Below are positions 1 to 8,510 of a stretch of DNA of 43,722 nucleotides, in pieces. The stretch is from a virus. The notes beneath the pieces are model-generated. The model had not been told where the DNA came from. It did no database searches and saw nothing but the letters and a program-made list of their open reading frames with translations. The translations under genes and the position numbers were made by a program. Location of the stretch: the IMG/VR virus record IMGVR_UViG_3300047316_000096, positions 1 to 43,722 of that record. One strand, 5' to 3'. Positions within the stretch are counted from its first letter, which is position 1, and each line of letters begins with the position of its first letter.

Positions 1-127
1 AACACCATCGTAAAGGACGCTCCGCCCGAAACCTCCGGGGCCGCAAAGCGCCAAATGCTCCAGCAGGGCGCAAGCGTTGGTGGCCCACTTGCGGGAGCCC
101 CACCGCCCGGTGTAGCATCCGCGCCAC
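1..127. repeat. Terminal direct repeat, copy 1. It is an exact duplicate of 43596..43722 and marks a circular or terminally redundant genome.
   Basis: Read directly: bases 1-127 (aacaccatcgtaaagg...gtagcatccgcgccac) are identical to 43596-43722. Confidence 0.95.
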
Positions 128-180
128 TCCCCAGCCCAGGCGCAATGGCGCCACCCGGCGGCGGCATGGGCGAAATGTAG
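1..180 (+). CDS. 3' part of the Met/Pro/Gly-rich protein gene that starts at 43338 (the gene crosses the window junction)
   Basis: Frame 1 is open from base 1 to TAG at 178-180. It is in frame with ATG 43338 once the 127-nt overlap is collapsed. The combined product is about 145 aa. Confidence 0.6.
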   Translation, partial: NTIVKDAPPETSGAAKRQMLQQGASVGGPLAGAPPPGVASAPLPSPGAMAPPGGGMGEM

Positions 181-189
181 GACTGAATC

Positions 190-390
190 ATGGCTCAGGA
201 TTTCCTTCGACCTACCAAGGTGCCGTCGTCCGATCTCTCCAAGCGCAAGATGGAGGACGGACAGTTCCGCAATCCGCCGACCTATTCCGATTTTGGCGGC
301 TTCACCTCGGCCGACAAATCGAAATTCCAGAACAACAAAATGACCCTCGAACGCGGCGGCCCGACCGCCGTCAAGGGCCGTCCGATCTAA
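190..390 (+). CDS. Hypothetical small protein (66 aa)
   Basis: ATG-initiated ORF lying between the junction-spanning gene and the scaffold-like gene. No motif recognised. Confidence 0.5.
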   Translation: MAQDFLRPTKVPSSDLSKRKMEDGQFRNPPTYSDFGGFTSADKSKFQNNKMTLERGGPTAVKGRPI

Positions 391-412
391 GCAGTTGCGC
401 CCCGGCGCATCA

Positions 413-450
413 GGGGCCGGAAATCTACTCCTCCCGTGAGTACCGGCCCC
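413..450 (+). promoter_or_regulatory. GC-rich inverted repeat (ggggccgg - 22 nt - ccggcccc) in the intergenic gap upstream of the scaffold-like gene
   Basis: Perfect 8-bp arms read directly. No T-run follows, so it is not a classical terminator. It could be an RNA processing/stability hairpin or a protein-binding site. Confidence 0.35.
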
Positions 451-472
451 CACAAACAAGGAAAGCGAGCAC

Positions 473-1039
473 ATGGCACCGAAACGGCAGTTGAGCCCCC
501 AGGAGATGGCGGACCTGTCGAACATGTTCATGGAGCTTTCGCACGATCCCAAGACCCGCCCCTATGTGGCGAAGCTGGTCGAGCACAAATTCCCCGACCG
601 CGCGGCCAGTTTCACGGACGTAAAACACGAGGCCCAGCTTGCGGCGCTCCGCAACGAGATCGCCCAGAAGGATCAGTTGAACCAGGCGCGCGAAATGCAG
701 CGCGCGCTCGATCGCCAGCGCGATAAGCTGGTAGAGGATGGTCGCTACACGACCGAGCAGACCCAGGAAATCAAGCAGATCATCGACCGCCACGGCGGAA
801 CGCTCGACTACAACCAGGCCGCCGTGCTCTACGCTCACGAAAAGCCGCCCGTAAACCAGATGGACGGCCCGCCCGAAGATCAGCGGATGGGCTCGACCTG
901 GGAATTTCCCACCGTAAACGGCCGCGACGGAAAGCCGATTCCGTTCGCAGAGTTCGCCAAAAACCCCAACACTGCTGCGCACAACGCCGCCTACCAGGTG
1001 ATCACCGAGTTCAAGAAGCGCTCGGGGGTCAGGGTATAG
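473..1039 (+). CDS. Putative scaffolding protein (188 aa)
   Basis: Lies immediately upstream of the major capsid gene. It is charged and has a Q/E/R/K-rich helical-looking middle (EAQLAALRNEIAQKDQLNQAREMQRALDRQRDKLVEDG). The assignment rests on position and composition only. Confidence 0.5.
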   Translation: MAPKRQLSPQEMADLSNMFMELSHDPKTRPYVAKLVEHKFPDRAASFTDVKHEAQLAALRNEIAQKDQLNQAREMQRALDRQRDKLVEDGRYTTEQTQEIKQIIDRHGGTLDYNQAAVLYAHEKPPVNQMDGPPEDQRMGSTWEFPTVNGRDGKPIPFAEFAKNPNTAAHNAAYQVITEFKKRSGVRV

Positions 1040-1062
1040 CGGGAGCGCTGGATCAATAAGTT

Positions 1063-2076
1063 ATGCCGCAGTTCGGTAGTGGAATAATCCCGGCACAAGG
1101 TGCGATTGCAAACGAACTCAGCGCCGTCGTCCGCCGCGGCTTCATGCCTCGCGTGTACGTGCAGCTTTGGAAGAGCGCGCCCATGATGGCGGCGCTGCTC
1201 TCCCACGCGCAAGTCGCCTCCGGCGGCCTGTCGCCGATCACCGCGCCGCTCCAGGGCGCCCCGATGGTGAGCGGCCAGTGGGTCGATTACTCGGGCTCGT
1301 TCAATCAACCCGGCATCCAGCCCGGCATCCAGAACGCCGAGTTCAATCTGAAAGCCTACTGCACCCCGATCCCGTTCCTCGGCTTCGAGGGCTTGGTGCA
1401 ACTCGACTATTCGATTGTCCCGTTGATAGACGCGAGGATGAATGACGCGACGAATGTTACGATCGACACCTTCGCCACTACGCTTTACAACAACGTCGCC
1501 AACACCCAGCAGCTTATTGGTCTACCAGCCGCGATTGACGACGGCACCTTCTCGGCCAACTACGGCGGCATCCCGCGAACGACCAACCAGTTCTGGAAAT
1601 CCACCTACGTCCACAACAGCGGCGCCACCGTCCCGACCCGAAACCTGATGCTCCTGTACATCGCCCAGGTCAGCAAGACCACGGGCGAGATGCCGTCGAT
1701 CGGCATCATGGGGTTCGGGACATGGACGCTGCTCGCGCAGGACTTCACCCCGCAGGAGCGCTACAACATCAATCCGGCAGAGCGGCTGAACAGCGCGGAT
1801 TTCGTCGGCCATTCGAGCTTCCAAGCCCTCGACATCGCCGGCATCCCGTTCTACGCCGATCCGTATTGCCCCGAAGGTACGCTCTACATCATCAACACCA
1901 ACTACCTGAGCCTGTTCCTCCACGAGCGGGCCGCTTTCGCTTTCACGGGCTTCGAATCGACGCTGCCCAACAACCAGTTCGGATACATCAGCGCCATCCT
2001 GTCGCTGCTGGAGCTCGTCAACGTGAAATGCAAGGCCCACGCAAAGATCGATGGCTTGCAATTCCTGAACATCTGA
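1063..2076 (+). CDS. Major capsid protein (337 aa)
   Basis: The size and the portal - scaffold - capsid order are typical of podovirus head modules. The ORF has no low complexity and strong GC3. Confidence 0.7.
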   Translation: MPQFGSGIIPAQGAIANELSAVVRRGFMPRVYVQLWKSAPMMAALLSHAQVASGGLSPITAPLQGAPMVSGQWVDYSGSFNQPGIQPGIQNAEFNLKAYCTPIPFLGFEGLVQLDYSIVPLIDARMNDATNVTIDTFATTLYNNVANTQQLIGLPAAIDDGTFSANYGGIPRTTNQFWKSTYVHNSGATVPTRNLMLLYIAQVSKTTGEMPSIGIMGFGTWTLLAQDFTPQERYNINPAERLNSADFVGHSSFQALDIAGIPFYADPYCPEGTLYIINTNYLSLFLHERAAFAFTGFESTLPNNQFGYISAILSLLELVNVKCKAHAKIDGLQFLNI

Positions 2077-2083
2077 GGCGCGC

Positions 2084-2992
2084 ATGTCCCGCATCGGCGG
2101 CGTTTTTCCCTTCCCGCTCCAGAGCCCGATCAACGGGGATGGCACCTATTCGTTGCCCGGCGGCGGCACCTACGTTTTGCCGGCCGGGCTTTGGCTGGTG
2201 ACCTGCGGCACCACCACCCAAGTACAGTGGTTCAACCCGAACACCCTCACATGGTCGCTGCTGTTGACCACGGGAGACGTATCGTCCGATCCCGCCAACT
2301 TCCGGGTAATCAACACCACCGGGACCGTGACCGGAACCACCATCACGGGCGCCGGCAGCGGCGCGACCGCGAACGGCATCGGCTCCACCGCGACCGGCGT
2401 CACAATCACATTCACGGCCTCGCCGGTTGGCGCGATCGCCACCGCTAGCGCCTTCCCGATCGTCGGCGGCTCAGTCGCCGCCCCCACCATCACCCAGGCC
2501 GGATCGGGCTTCCTCGCTCCGCCGCTCATCATGATCGACGCACCGCCGCCCGGCGGCATCCAGGCCACCGCGGTCGCAACGATCTCCGCCGCAGGCGCCG
2601 TGACCGCCATCACCATGGTTCGGGCCGGGGCCGGGTATGCGTCGTCTCCGAACTTCTACGTCATCCCGCAACCGCCGTATTACCAGGGCTCTCCGATCGC
2701 CGGCGTTGCCGCGGCGGCATGGCCCGCCCCCGGCCTCGTCTACCCGACCAACCTGCCGGGCGGGATGCTCGCCATGTTCCAGCCCAACGTGTCTCTCACA
2801 GGGTGCCAGTTGACCTCGGTGGCGCTGACCGGCAGCGGAACGCTGACCGGCATAGGACTCATCGATTACGGCTTCGGCTACACCGCAACCCCGACGATCA
2901 CCGTCGCGGGCGCCGGCGCCGCGACCGCAACCTCGGCCGCGGTGGTCGCCGCGGCCACCGATACCTTCACAATTCAAGGACGAGTCGCATGA
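2084..2992 (+). CDS. Capsid-adjacent virion protein with repeated GxGY beta-module (decoration or head-fibre-like; function unassigned)
   Basis: 302-aa ORF directly after the capsid gene. It is T/G/A-rich and carries AGSGF...AGAGYASSP and GFGYTATPTITV motifs, which are shared with the proteins at 7614 and 8510. Confidence 0.6.
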   Translation: MSRIGGVFPFPLQSPINGDGTYSLPGGGTYVLPAGLWLVTCGTTTQVQWFNPNTLTWSLLLTTGDVSSDPANFRVINTTGTVTGTTITGAGSGATANGIGSTATGVTITFTASPVGAIATASAFPIVGGSVAAPTITQAGSGFLAPPLIMIDAPPPGGIQATAVATISAAGAVTAITMVRAGAGYASSPNFYVIPQPPYYQGSPIAGVAAAAWPAPGLVYPTNLPGGMLAMFQPNVSLTGCQLTSVALTGSGTLTGIGLIDYGFGYTATPTITVAGAGAATATSAAVVAAATDTFTIQGRVA

Positions 2993-3171
2993 CCTCCTAC
3001 GTCAGCGGAACCACACAGACTTCCAATCTCTCGAATGTCGAGTTGCGGGTGATCTCGCAACTCATCCAGCAGGACCAGGGCGGCAAGAACGCCGCCGAAA
3101 GTCTCGCGCTCATTCGCAACGACATAGCCCAATCGCTCGGCTATCCGACACCCGTACCGGGTGACACCTGA
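2989..3171 (+). CDS. Hypothetical small protein (60 aa)
   Basis: ATG 2989 overlaps the upstream TGA (ATGA). The 2719 start in the ORF track would overlap the preceding gene and is rejected. Confidence 0.5.
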   Translation: MTSYVSGTTQTSNLSNVELRVISQLIQQDQGGKNAAESLALIRNDIAQSLGYPTPVPGDT

Positions 3172-3211
3172 CCGGCGTGGACTCTCTGCCGGCCCATAAA
3201 GGAGTTTGAAC

Positions 3212-3868
3212 ATGGCTACCCTCTACGTCACCCCGGGTCTATCGCCCACGTCGAATCCGGACGTTACTCCGACCGCAATGATAGGCGGCAAGCAGGGCGA
3301 AGGCGTCGTCGCGGAACTGCACGGCAAGTACTACACGCAGGCATATCGCAACCAGGCATTCATCGGCGCCACCGCGGCCGGTGGCGTGGTCCCGCCGAAC
3401 TACTCCACCACGGCGCAGACCTTCGGTCTGTGGAATCCGGCCGGATCGGGCAAGAACGCCATCCTGATCGCGCTGGACCTCGGCCTCGTTACCGTTGGCA
3501 CCCCGGCGGTGTCGTCGCTGGCGTTGTCCTACACCCCGAATGCCGGCTCGGCGCTGGCAACCGGCGGCATTTCGGCCTTCACGTCGGCGGCCCCGCTGGC
3601 GGCGATCGTCGGCAACACCGCGCCATCGGCCATGAGGTTCACGCCCTCCGCCGCCACCACACTGGCCTCTACGTTCCTGATGCCGCTGCCGTTCAGCTAC
3701 TTCTCGACCACCACCACCACGGTCGCGACGTTCGCCTCGAACCTGCTGCATTACGATTTCGACGGCTCGGTCGGAATTGCCCCCAACACAGCGCTGTGGG
3801 TCGGCGCCAATATCTTGACCGGCTCGACCTGGAACATTAGCTTGCGCTGGTATGAGGCACCCGTCTGA
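3212..3868 (+). CDS. Hypothetical virion-module protein (218 aa), beta-rich with a poly-Thr stretch (STTTTTVAT)
   Basis: AAGGAG at 3199-3204 sits 7 nt before ATG 3212, which is preferred over the TTG at 3206. No catalytic motif recognised. Confidence 0.6.
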   Translation: MATLYVTPGLSPTSNPDVTPTAMIGGKQGEGVVAELHGKYYTQAYRNQAFIGATAAGGVVPPNYSTTAQTFGLWNPAGSGKNAILIALDLGLVTVGTPAVSSLALSYTPNAGSALATGGISAFTSAAPLAAIVGNTAPSAMRFTPSAATTLASTFLMPLPFSYFSTTTTTVATFASNLLHYDFDGSVGIAPNTALWVGANILTGSTWNISLRWYEAPV

Positions 3869-4517
3869 TAAACCTCGTGTCGCCCTGTGCATCCCATCGG
3901 GCGACACCTGGAAATCCCTGACCGGCTTTCACGTCATGTCGCTCGGCGCCTACTCGGCGCCGCATGTGACCTTGATGCCGATCAACGTCCGCACCCAGGA
4001 CACCGCCGAATCACGCAACCAGATGACGGCCGCCGCGCTCGATGAGGACGCGGACTATCTGCTGTGGATCGACGCCGACATGATTATGCCCCCGGACGCC
4101 CTGCTGCGCCTGCTGAAGCGCGACGTTGACGTGGTGGGGGCGGACTATCGCCGGCGCGCGCCGCCATTTCCGAGAATTGGCAAGCCCATCGATGCGTCCG
4201 CGCCCGACCGCGGCATGGTCGAAGTCTCGATGCTCGGCCTCGGCCTCATGCTGATCCGCGCCGATGTGCTGAAAAAGATGATGCGCCCGTGGTTTCTGCG
4301 CATGTGGGTGCTCGAACACGCCGCCCCCGACAATCCGTCCGGCTTCTCCACCGAAGATGGCTATTTCTGCGGCTACGCGCGTCACCTCGGCTACACAGTA
4401 TGGGCCGATCTTGACCTCAGTCAGGATGTCGGACACATCGCCGAGCAACTGATTCCGTGGGACATGGACGGCGGAGCCAAAACTGAGGGGGTCGGATGCC
4501 TGAAAACAAGCGCGTAG
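3852..4517 (+). CDS. GT-A fold (family-2-like) glycosyltransferase, paralog 1
   Basis: DxD-type motif LLWIDADMIMPPDALLRLL and downstream GFSTEDGYFCGYAR. It is clearly paralogous to the next ORF. Confidence 0.7.
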   Translation: MRHPSDKPRVALCIPSGDTWKSLTGFHVMSLGAYSAPHVTLMPINVRTQDTAESRNQMTAAALDEDADYLLWIDADMIMPPDALLRLLKRDVDVVGADYRRRAPPFPRIGKPIDASAPDRGMVEVSMLGLGLMLIRADVLKKMMRPWFLRMWVLEHAAPDNPSGFSTEDGYFCGYARHLGYTVWADLDLSQDVGHIAEQLIPWDMDGGAKTEGVGCLKTSA

Positions 4518-5155
4518 CGGTCTGCATTCCGTCCGGCGGGACGTGGCTCGCCCCGATGGCGTTTCAGGCGCTATGCCTTGCCATCCATTCCGCCCCCCAT
4601 GTGCATCTGATGCCGATGATTCTATCCGGCGACGATACCGCCCAGGCGCGCAACAGGCTGGTACGGATGGCCCAGCGTCACGGCGCGGCGTGGATTCTGT
4701 GGATGGACGCCGACATGGTGTTTCCTCCCGACGCCCTGCTGCGGCTGATGAAGCACGACCGCGCGATCGTAGGCGTCGATTACCGCAAGCGCGCAGCGCC
4801 CTACGACAAGGTGTCGGTCTCCTTGAGCGAAGAGGAAACCTCCTTGGACCCGCCGCCGGGGCTGGTGGAAAAGGCCATCATCGGGCTCGGCCTTGTGCTG
4901 GTGAAAATGTCGGTGTTCGAGTCGCTGCCGGCCCCATGGTTCGGGCGTAGCTGGATGCGGGAATATGCCTCGATGAACAACCCGGACGGATTTTCCACGG
5001 AGGACGCCTATTTCTGCAATGTCGCCCGGCAAAAGGGCTATCGGGTTTGGTGCGACCGCGAGCTTAGCCGCGAAATCCAGCATGTCGGCGAAATGGCGGT
5101 GCCGTTCGAGCTGCCGGCCCGACCGGAGATTGTGCAAACCGTCGCATCGTCGTAG
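4496..5155 (+). CDS. GT-A fold (family-2-like) glycosyltransferase, paralog 2
   Basis: ILWMDADMVFPPDALLRLM and GFSTEDAYFCNVAR motifs, collinear with paralog 1. A GAGGGGG Shine-Dalgarno sequence precedes ATG 4496. Confidence 0.7.
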   Translation: MPENKRVAVCIPSGGTWLAPMAFQALCLAIHSAPHVHLMPMILSGDDTAQARNRLVRMAQRHGAAWILWMDADMVFPPDALLRLMKHDRAIVGVDYRKRAAPYDKVSVSLSEEETSLDPPPGLVEKAIIGLGLVLVKMSVFESLPAPWFGRSWMREYASMNNPDGFSTEDAYFCNVARQKGYRVWCDRELSREIQHVGEMAVPFELPARPEIVQTVASS

Positions 5156-5181
5156 AGTGCGGGCCGCAACGGAGACACCCC

Positions 5182-5526
5182 ATGGTTAGCGCCCCCACTG
5201 CCAATTCCACTCAATCATCGCCGTATTCCTTTGGAACGACGGTCGGCCTCACCTCGGGTCCGGTATTTCCCGGCAACCCGACCGCGGGCGGTATGATCGT
5301 CGTCAACAACGGGACGGTCCCTGTTTCAATCGTGACGGCAACCATGAACCTCGGCGCCCTCGGGGTTTACACGGGAGCAACTGCCGGTGTGGCAGTCATC
5401 AATGGGCCGGGCTGCGTTACTCTTGCCCCGGGCGACAAGTTCATCTTCGACAATCTGCTCGCCACCGCCGCTTGGAACGGCATCGCTCAGGGCGGCACCG
5501 GAGCCCTGACGTTCTTGTGTTTCTGA
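5182..5526 (+). CDS. Hypothetical small beta-rich protein (114 aa) between the glycosyltransferases and the radical SAM gene
   Basis: ORF with a GGAGA sequence upstream. The GMIVVNNGTVPVSIV pattern is loosely reminiscent of the fibre-associated domain family at 19939-21979. Confidence 0.5.
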   Translation: MVSAPTANSTQSSPYSFGTTVGLTSGPVFPGNPTAGGMIVVNNGTVPVSIVTATMNLGALGVYTGATAGVAVINGPGCVTLAPGDKFIFDNLLATAAWNGIAQGGTGALTFLCF

Positions 5527-6980
5527 CCCCCGTCTGTTTGATCATCCCGCCGTCGCCGTTCCTGCTTGACGAGCGGGTTTTCATGCCGCTCGGAGTTCTG
5601 AAGGTAGCCGCCGCGCTCCGTGCCGGCGGTGTGCCGGTCGAAGTGCTGGACCTGTCGGGAGTGTCCAATTATGTGGAAGTCGTATCAACCCATGCGGCAA
5701 CCAGCGATTCGGAAGTCTTCGCAGTCACCGCTACGACGCCCCAATTTCCGGCAGCGGTGGCCATTGCCCGGACCCTACGTCAGGGAAAATCAAGCCGCCG
5801 TAGACTTGTGCTTGGCGGACCGCACGGAACACTGGTATCCGCAGCGGCCAAACGCGAGACGAAAAGGGGCCGCCGGTCTCGCGGAATGGCGGCGCTGGAT
5901 GCGATTTATCACTCGTTTGACTGCGTGGTCGCTGGCGACGGAGAGACAGCGGTATTTCCGGCTTTACAGCATGATGCACCGCCGCTGATCGACGCCGACG
6001 ACCGCCATTCGCCCTATTGGCTCCAGCCCGACCTCGCGCCGTGGCCCGCCCGCGACCTGATTGACGTTCCGTCGTACCGCTATACCATAGACGGGGTGCC
6101 GGCGCTCTCTCTGATTGCCCAGCTTGGTTGCCCGTTCGGCTGCGGCTTCTGCGCGGGGCGGAACAGCCCGTCGCTTCGCCATATCCGGATGCGGTCCGCC
6201 GACAACGTGGTTTTGGAAATGCGCCACATGGCGGATACCTACGGCGTCCGGGGCTTCATGTTCTACGACGACGAACTCAACGTGAATCGCGGCCTTGTGG
6301 ACCTTATGGAAAAGATCGCGGCCGTGGGCGCAGATTGGCGGCTCCGCGGCTTCGTCAAGGCCGAGCTCTTCACCGACGAGCAGGCCGCCGCAATGCGACG
6401 CGCCGGATTCCGCTGGATACTTGTCGGCTTCGAGTCCGGATCGCCCCGCATCCTCGACAACATCCGCAAAATGGCCGATCAGGACGACAATAGCCGCTGC
6501 ATGGCTATTGCGCGGCGACACGGATTGAAGGTAAAGGCCCTGATGTCGCTCGGCCACCCGGGAGAATCTGAGGAGACCATCGATGGGACCAGGAGATGGC
6601 TTCTAGACGAGAGGCCCGACGACTTCGACGTGACGATCATTACGCCCTACCCGGGGAGCCCCTACTATGACGACGCCACCGAAACTGGACCCGGGACGTT
6701 CACCTACCAGGCTAGATCAGGCGACCGACTTCATCAACGTGAAATCGACTACGCAGCCGTCGCTGACTATTACAAGGGTACGCCTGGTGACTACGTGTCC
6801 CATGTGTGGACGGACCAGCTTACAGCAGGGGAAATGGTGCGAGCACGAGACCTGCTGGAACAGGATGTTCGGGATGCCCTGAGCCTGCCTTTCAATTTGG
6901 CCGCCGCTGCGGTAGCTTACGAGCACTCGATGGGCCAGACGGCCCTGCCGCCCCGGCTGCTAAGGAGTTCCAATGGTTGA
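5517..6980 (+). CDS. B12-binding-domain radical SAM enzyme (class B-like)
   Basis: N-terminal PLGVLKVAAALRAGGVPVEVLDLSG resembles a cobalamin-binding domain. CPFGCGFC is a CxxxCxxC radical SAM cluster motif, followed by a GFESGSPRILD core. The start is uncertain: GTG 5517 is chosen because it overlaps the upstream stop, and the ORF-track start at 5472 is unlikely. Confidence 0.8.
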   Translation: MFLTPVCLIIPPSPFLLDERVFMPLGVLKVAAALRAGGVPVEVLDLSGVSNYVEVVSTHAATSDSEVFAVTATTPQFPAAVAIARTLRQGKSSRRRLVLGGPHGTLVSAAAKRETKRGRRSRGMAALDAIYHSFDCVVAGDGETAVFPALQHDAPPLIDADDRHSPYWLQPDLAPWPARDLIDVPSYRYTIDGVPALSLIAQLGCPFGCGFCAGRNSPSLRHIRMRSADNVVLEMRHMADTYGVRGFMFYDDELNVNRGLVDLMEKIAAVGADWRLRGFVKAELFTDEQAAAMRRAGFRWILVGFESGSPRILDNIRKMADQDDNSRCMAIARRHGLKVKALMSLGHPGESEETIDGTRRWLLDERPDDFDVTIITPYPGSPYYDDATETGPGTFTYQARSGDRLHQREIDYAAVADYYKGTPGDYVSHVWTDQLTAGEMVRARDLLEQDVRDALSLPFNLAAAAVAYEHSMGQTALPPRLLRSSNG

Positions 6981-7479
6981 TCTTCCCGCGATGTCGCCAA
7001 TCAAGCCGGGAGAAACCCCGACCTTCCAGTTGGTGAAGATCATCAACACCAACGATTTCGTCATCAACGATATGTTCGATGGCGTGCCCTACAAGTTCGA
7101 GCCCAACAAGCCTCTCTCCATTCCACTTGAGGCGGCGGCGCACTTCTTCGCGTGGCCGTCCGATGATCCGACACTCGTCAAGGTGTGGATCGCAAAACGC
7201 CTCGGGTGGAACACCAAGGAAGACATTGAGCGCCAGCCGGACGGCCGGATGCGATGGGAGCATTGGGTCGAGAAGATCTTGATCGTTCCGGTGCATTTCG
7301 ATCTCGTGCAGCGCGATCCGGACGCCCCGATCCCGGCCGACGCCGGAGAGGGCGAGGCGATGACCGAAAGCGATCTCCCGCCAGTGCCGCAGACCCGCGA
7401 CGACCTTAGCGGGACCAAGGTTGGTGTACGGAAGGACACGCGCTTCAAGAAAAAGGCGCCGCGGAGGGTGGACGTATGA
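6973..7479 (+). CDS. Hypothetical protein (168 aa)
   Basis: ATG 6973 overlaps the radical SAM stop. The C-terminal tail is basic (KKKAPRRVDV). Confidence 0.55.
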   Translation: MVDLPAMSPIKPGETPTFQLVKIINTNDFVINDMFDGVPYKFEPNKPLSIPLEAAAHFFAWPSDDPTLVKVWIAKRLGWNTKEDIERQPDGRMRWEHWVEKILIVPVHFDLVQRDPDAPIPADAGEGEAMTESDLPPVPQTRDDLSGTKVGVRKDTRFKKKAPRRVDV

Positions 7480-7610
7480 AAATCATGTGGGTGAAGTCTG
7501 GCGACTATGGAGACGGCCGGCTTCGGGGCCTGTACGTTCAGATCGCCCGCCGCTTCGTGTTTTTCATCAGAGAGCCGCGCCTCGGCATCAAGGCCGGAAC
7601 AGTGCAGTGA
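7476..7610 (+). CDS. Hypothetical micro-protein (44 aa)
   Basis: Not in the ORF track because it is under 60 aa. It has an ATGA overlap with the upstream stop and exactly fills the gap before GTG 7614. Confidence 0.35.
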   Translation: MKIMWVKSGDYGDGRLRGLYVQIARRFVFFIREPRLGIKAGTVQ

Positions 7611-7613
7611 ATC

Positions 7614-8510
7614 GTGACCGCCTCCCTGCAAACCTACGTCACGCAGGTTCAATCTCTCGTTCATGACACGACATTTTCGGCGTGGACCCAATCTCAGTTG
7701 ACAGACTACATCAACGCGGCCCGCGAGGACACCGCGTTGGACATGCACTGCTACCGGCACAACACTGTCGGGGTGCAACTCATCAAAGGTCAGGAAATCT
7801 ACTCGATCGACGGCGCGGTGTGCGGCGCCAACGTGACCGCCGGAGGCACCGGCTACCCATCGAACACCACCGTCACATTCACCGCGGCGCCGGCCGGCGG
7901 CGTGACCGCGACCGCAATCCCCGTGATCACGGCGGGGATCGTGACGCAGATTCAGATGACCCAATGGGGTCAGGGCTACACCACCGTCCCAACCGTCACG
8001 ATAACCGGAGCCGGCGGCACAGGCGCTTCGGCATCGGCCGTGACGTTCATTAACACCTTTCAGATCGTCGGCATTTCGAACACTTGGAACAATCAGCGAT
8101 ATACCCTGTCGTTTCGCGCCTTCACGCTGTTTCAGGCGTATTTCAGGTGTCAGCCGGCGTCCTATCTGTCGCGGCCCGGCGTGTGGACAATTCACCCGCA
8201 AGACCTCAACGTCTATCTGCAATCGCCGCCCGACCAGCTTTACTTTTCCGAGTGGGACGTGCTCTCGACGCCGCCGCCGCTCGTCGCCCTCACCGACCTC
8301 GACACCCAGATCAGGCCGCCGTGGAACAAGGCCGTGCAGTTCCGCGCCGCCGCGCTGGCGCTCTTCAAGAAACAGAATTTTGCGCAAGCGGATTATTACG
8401 ACAACAAATATCAGCAGCGAGTCCTCCGCTACAATCTGGGGGCGGCGGGCATCCGCCTGCCAAATCCGTATAATGCTTCGTTCCAGCGCAAGATCGCCCG
8501 GGGTGTGTGA
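7614..8510 (+). CDS. Head-tail adaptor / tail tubular protein A-like protein carrying an inserted GxGY module
   Basis: Its position resembles the capsid - gp11 - gp12 order of T7-like phages. The N-terminal helix (QLTDYINAAREDT) and C-terminal IRPPWNKAVQFRAAALALF resemble adaptor proteins. Residues about 71-145 form the shared module. Confidence 0.45.
   Translation: MTASLQTYVTQVQSLVHDTTFSAWTQSQLTDYINAAREDTALDMHCYRHNTVGVQLIKGQEIYSIDGAVCGANVTAGGTGYPSNTTVTFTAAPAGGVTATAIPVITAGIVTQIQMTQWGQGYTTVPTVTITGAGGTGASASAVTFINTFQIVGISNTWNNQRYTLSFRAFTLFQAYFRCQPASYLSRPGVWTIHPQDLNVYLQSPPDQLYFSEWDVLSTPPPLVALTDLDTQIRPPWNKAVQFRAAALALFKKQNFAQADYYDNKYQQRVLRYNLGAAGIRLPNPYNASFQRKIARGV

Noticed and set aside
5472-5516. 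N-terminal extensions implied by the ORF track (for example rSAM from 5472, 2719..3171, 19016..19561, 26789..27553, 34063..34587, 31541..31990)
   Set aside because: The upstream portions overlap well-supported neighbouring genes in another frame. Internal ATG or GTG starts with SD sequences or 4-nt coupling overlaps are more parsimonious.
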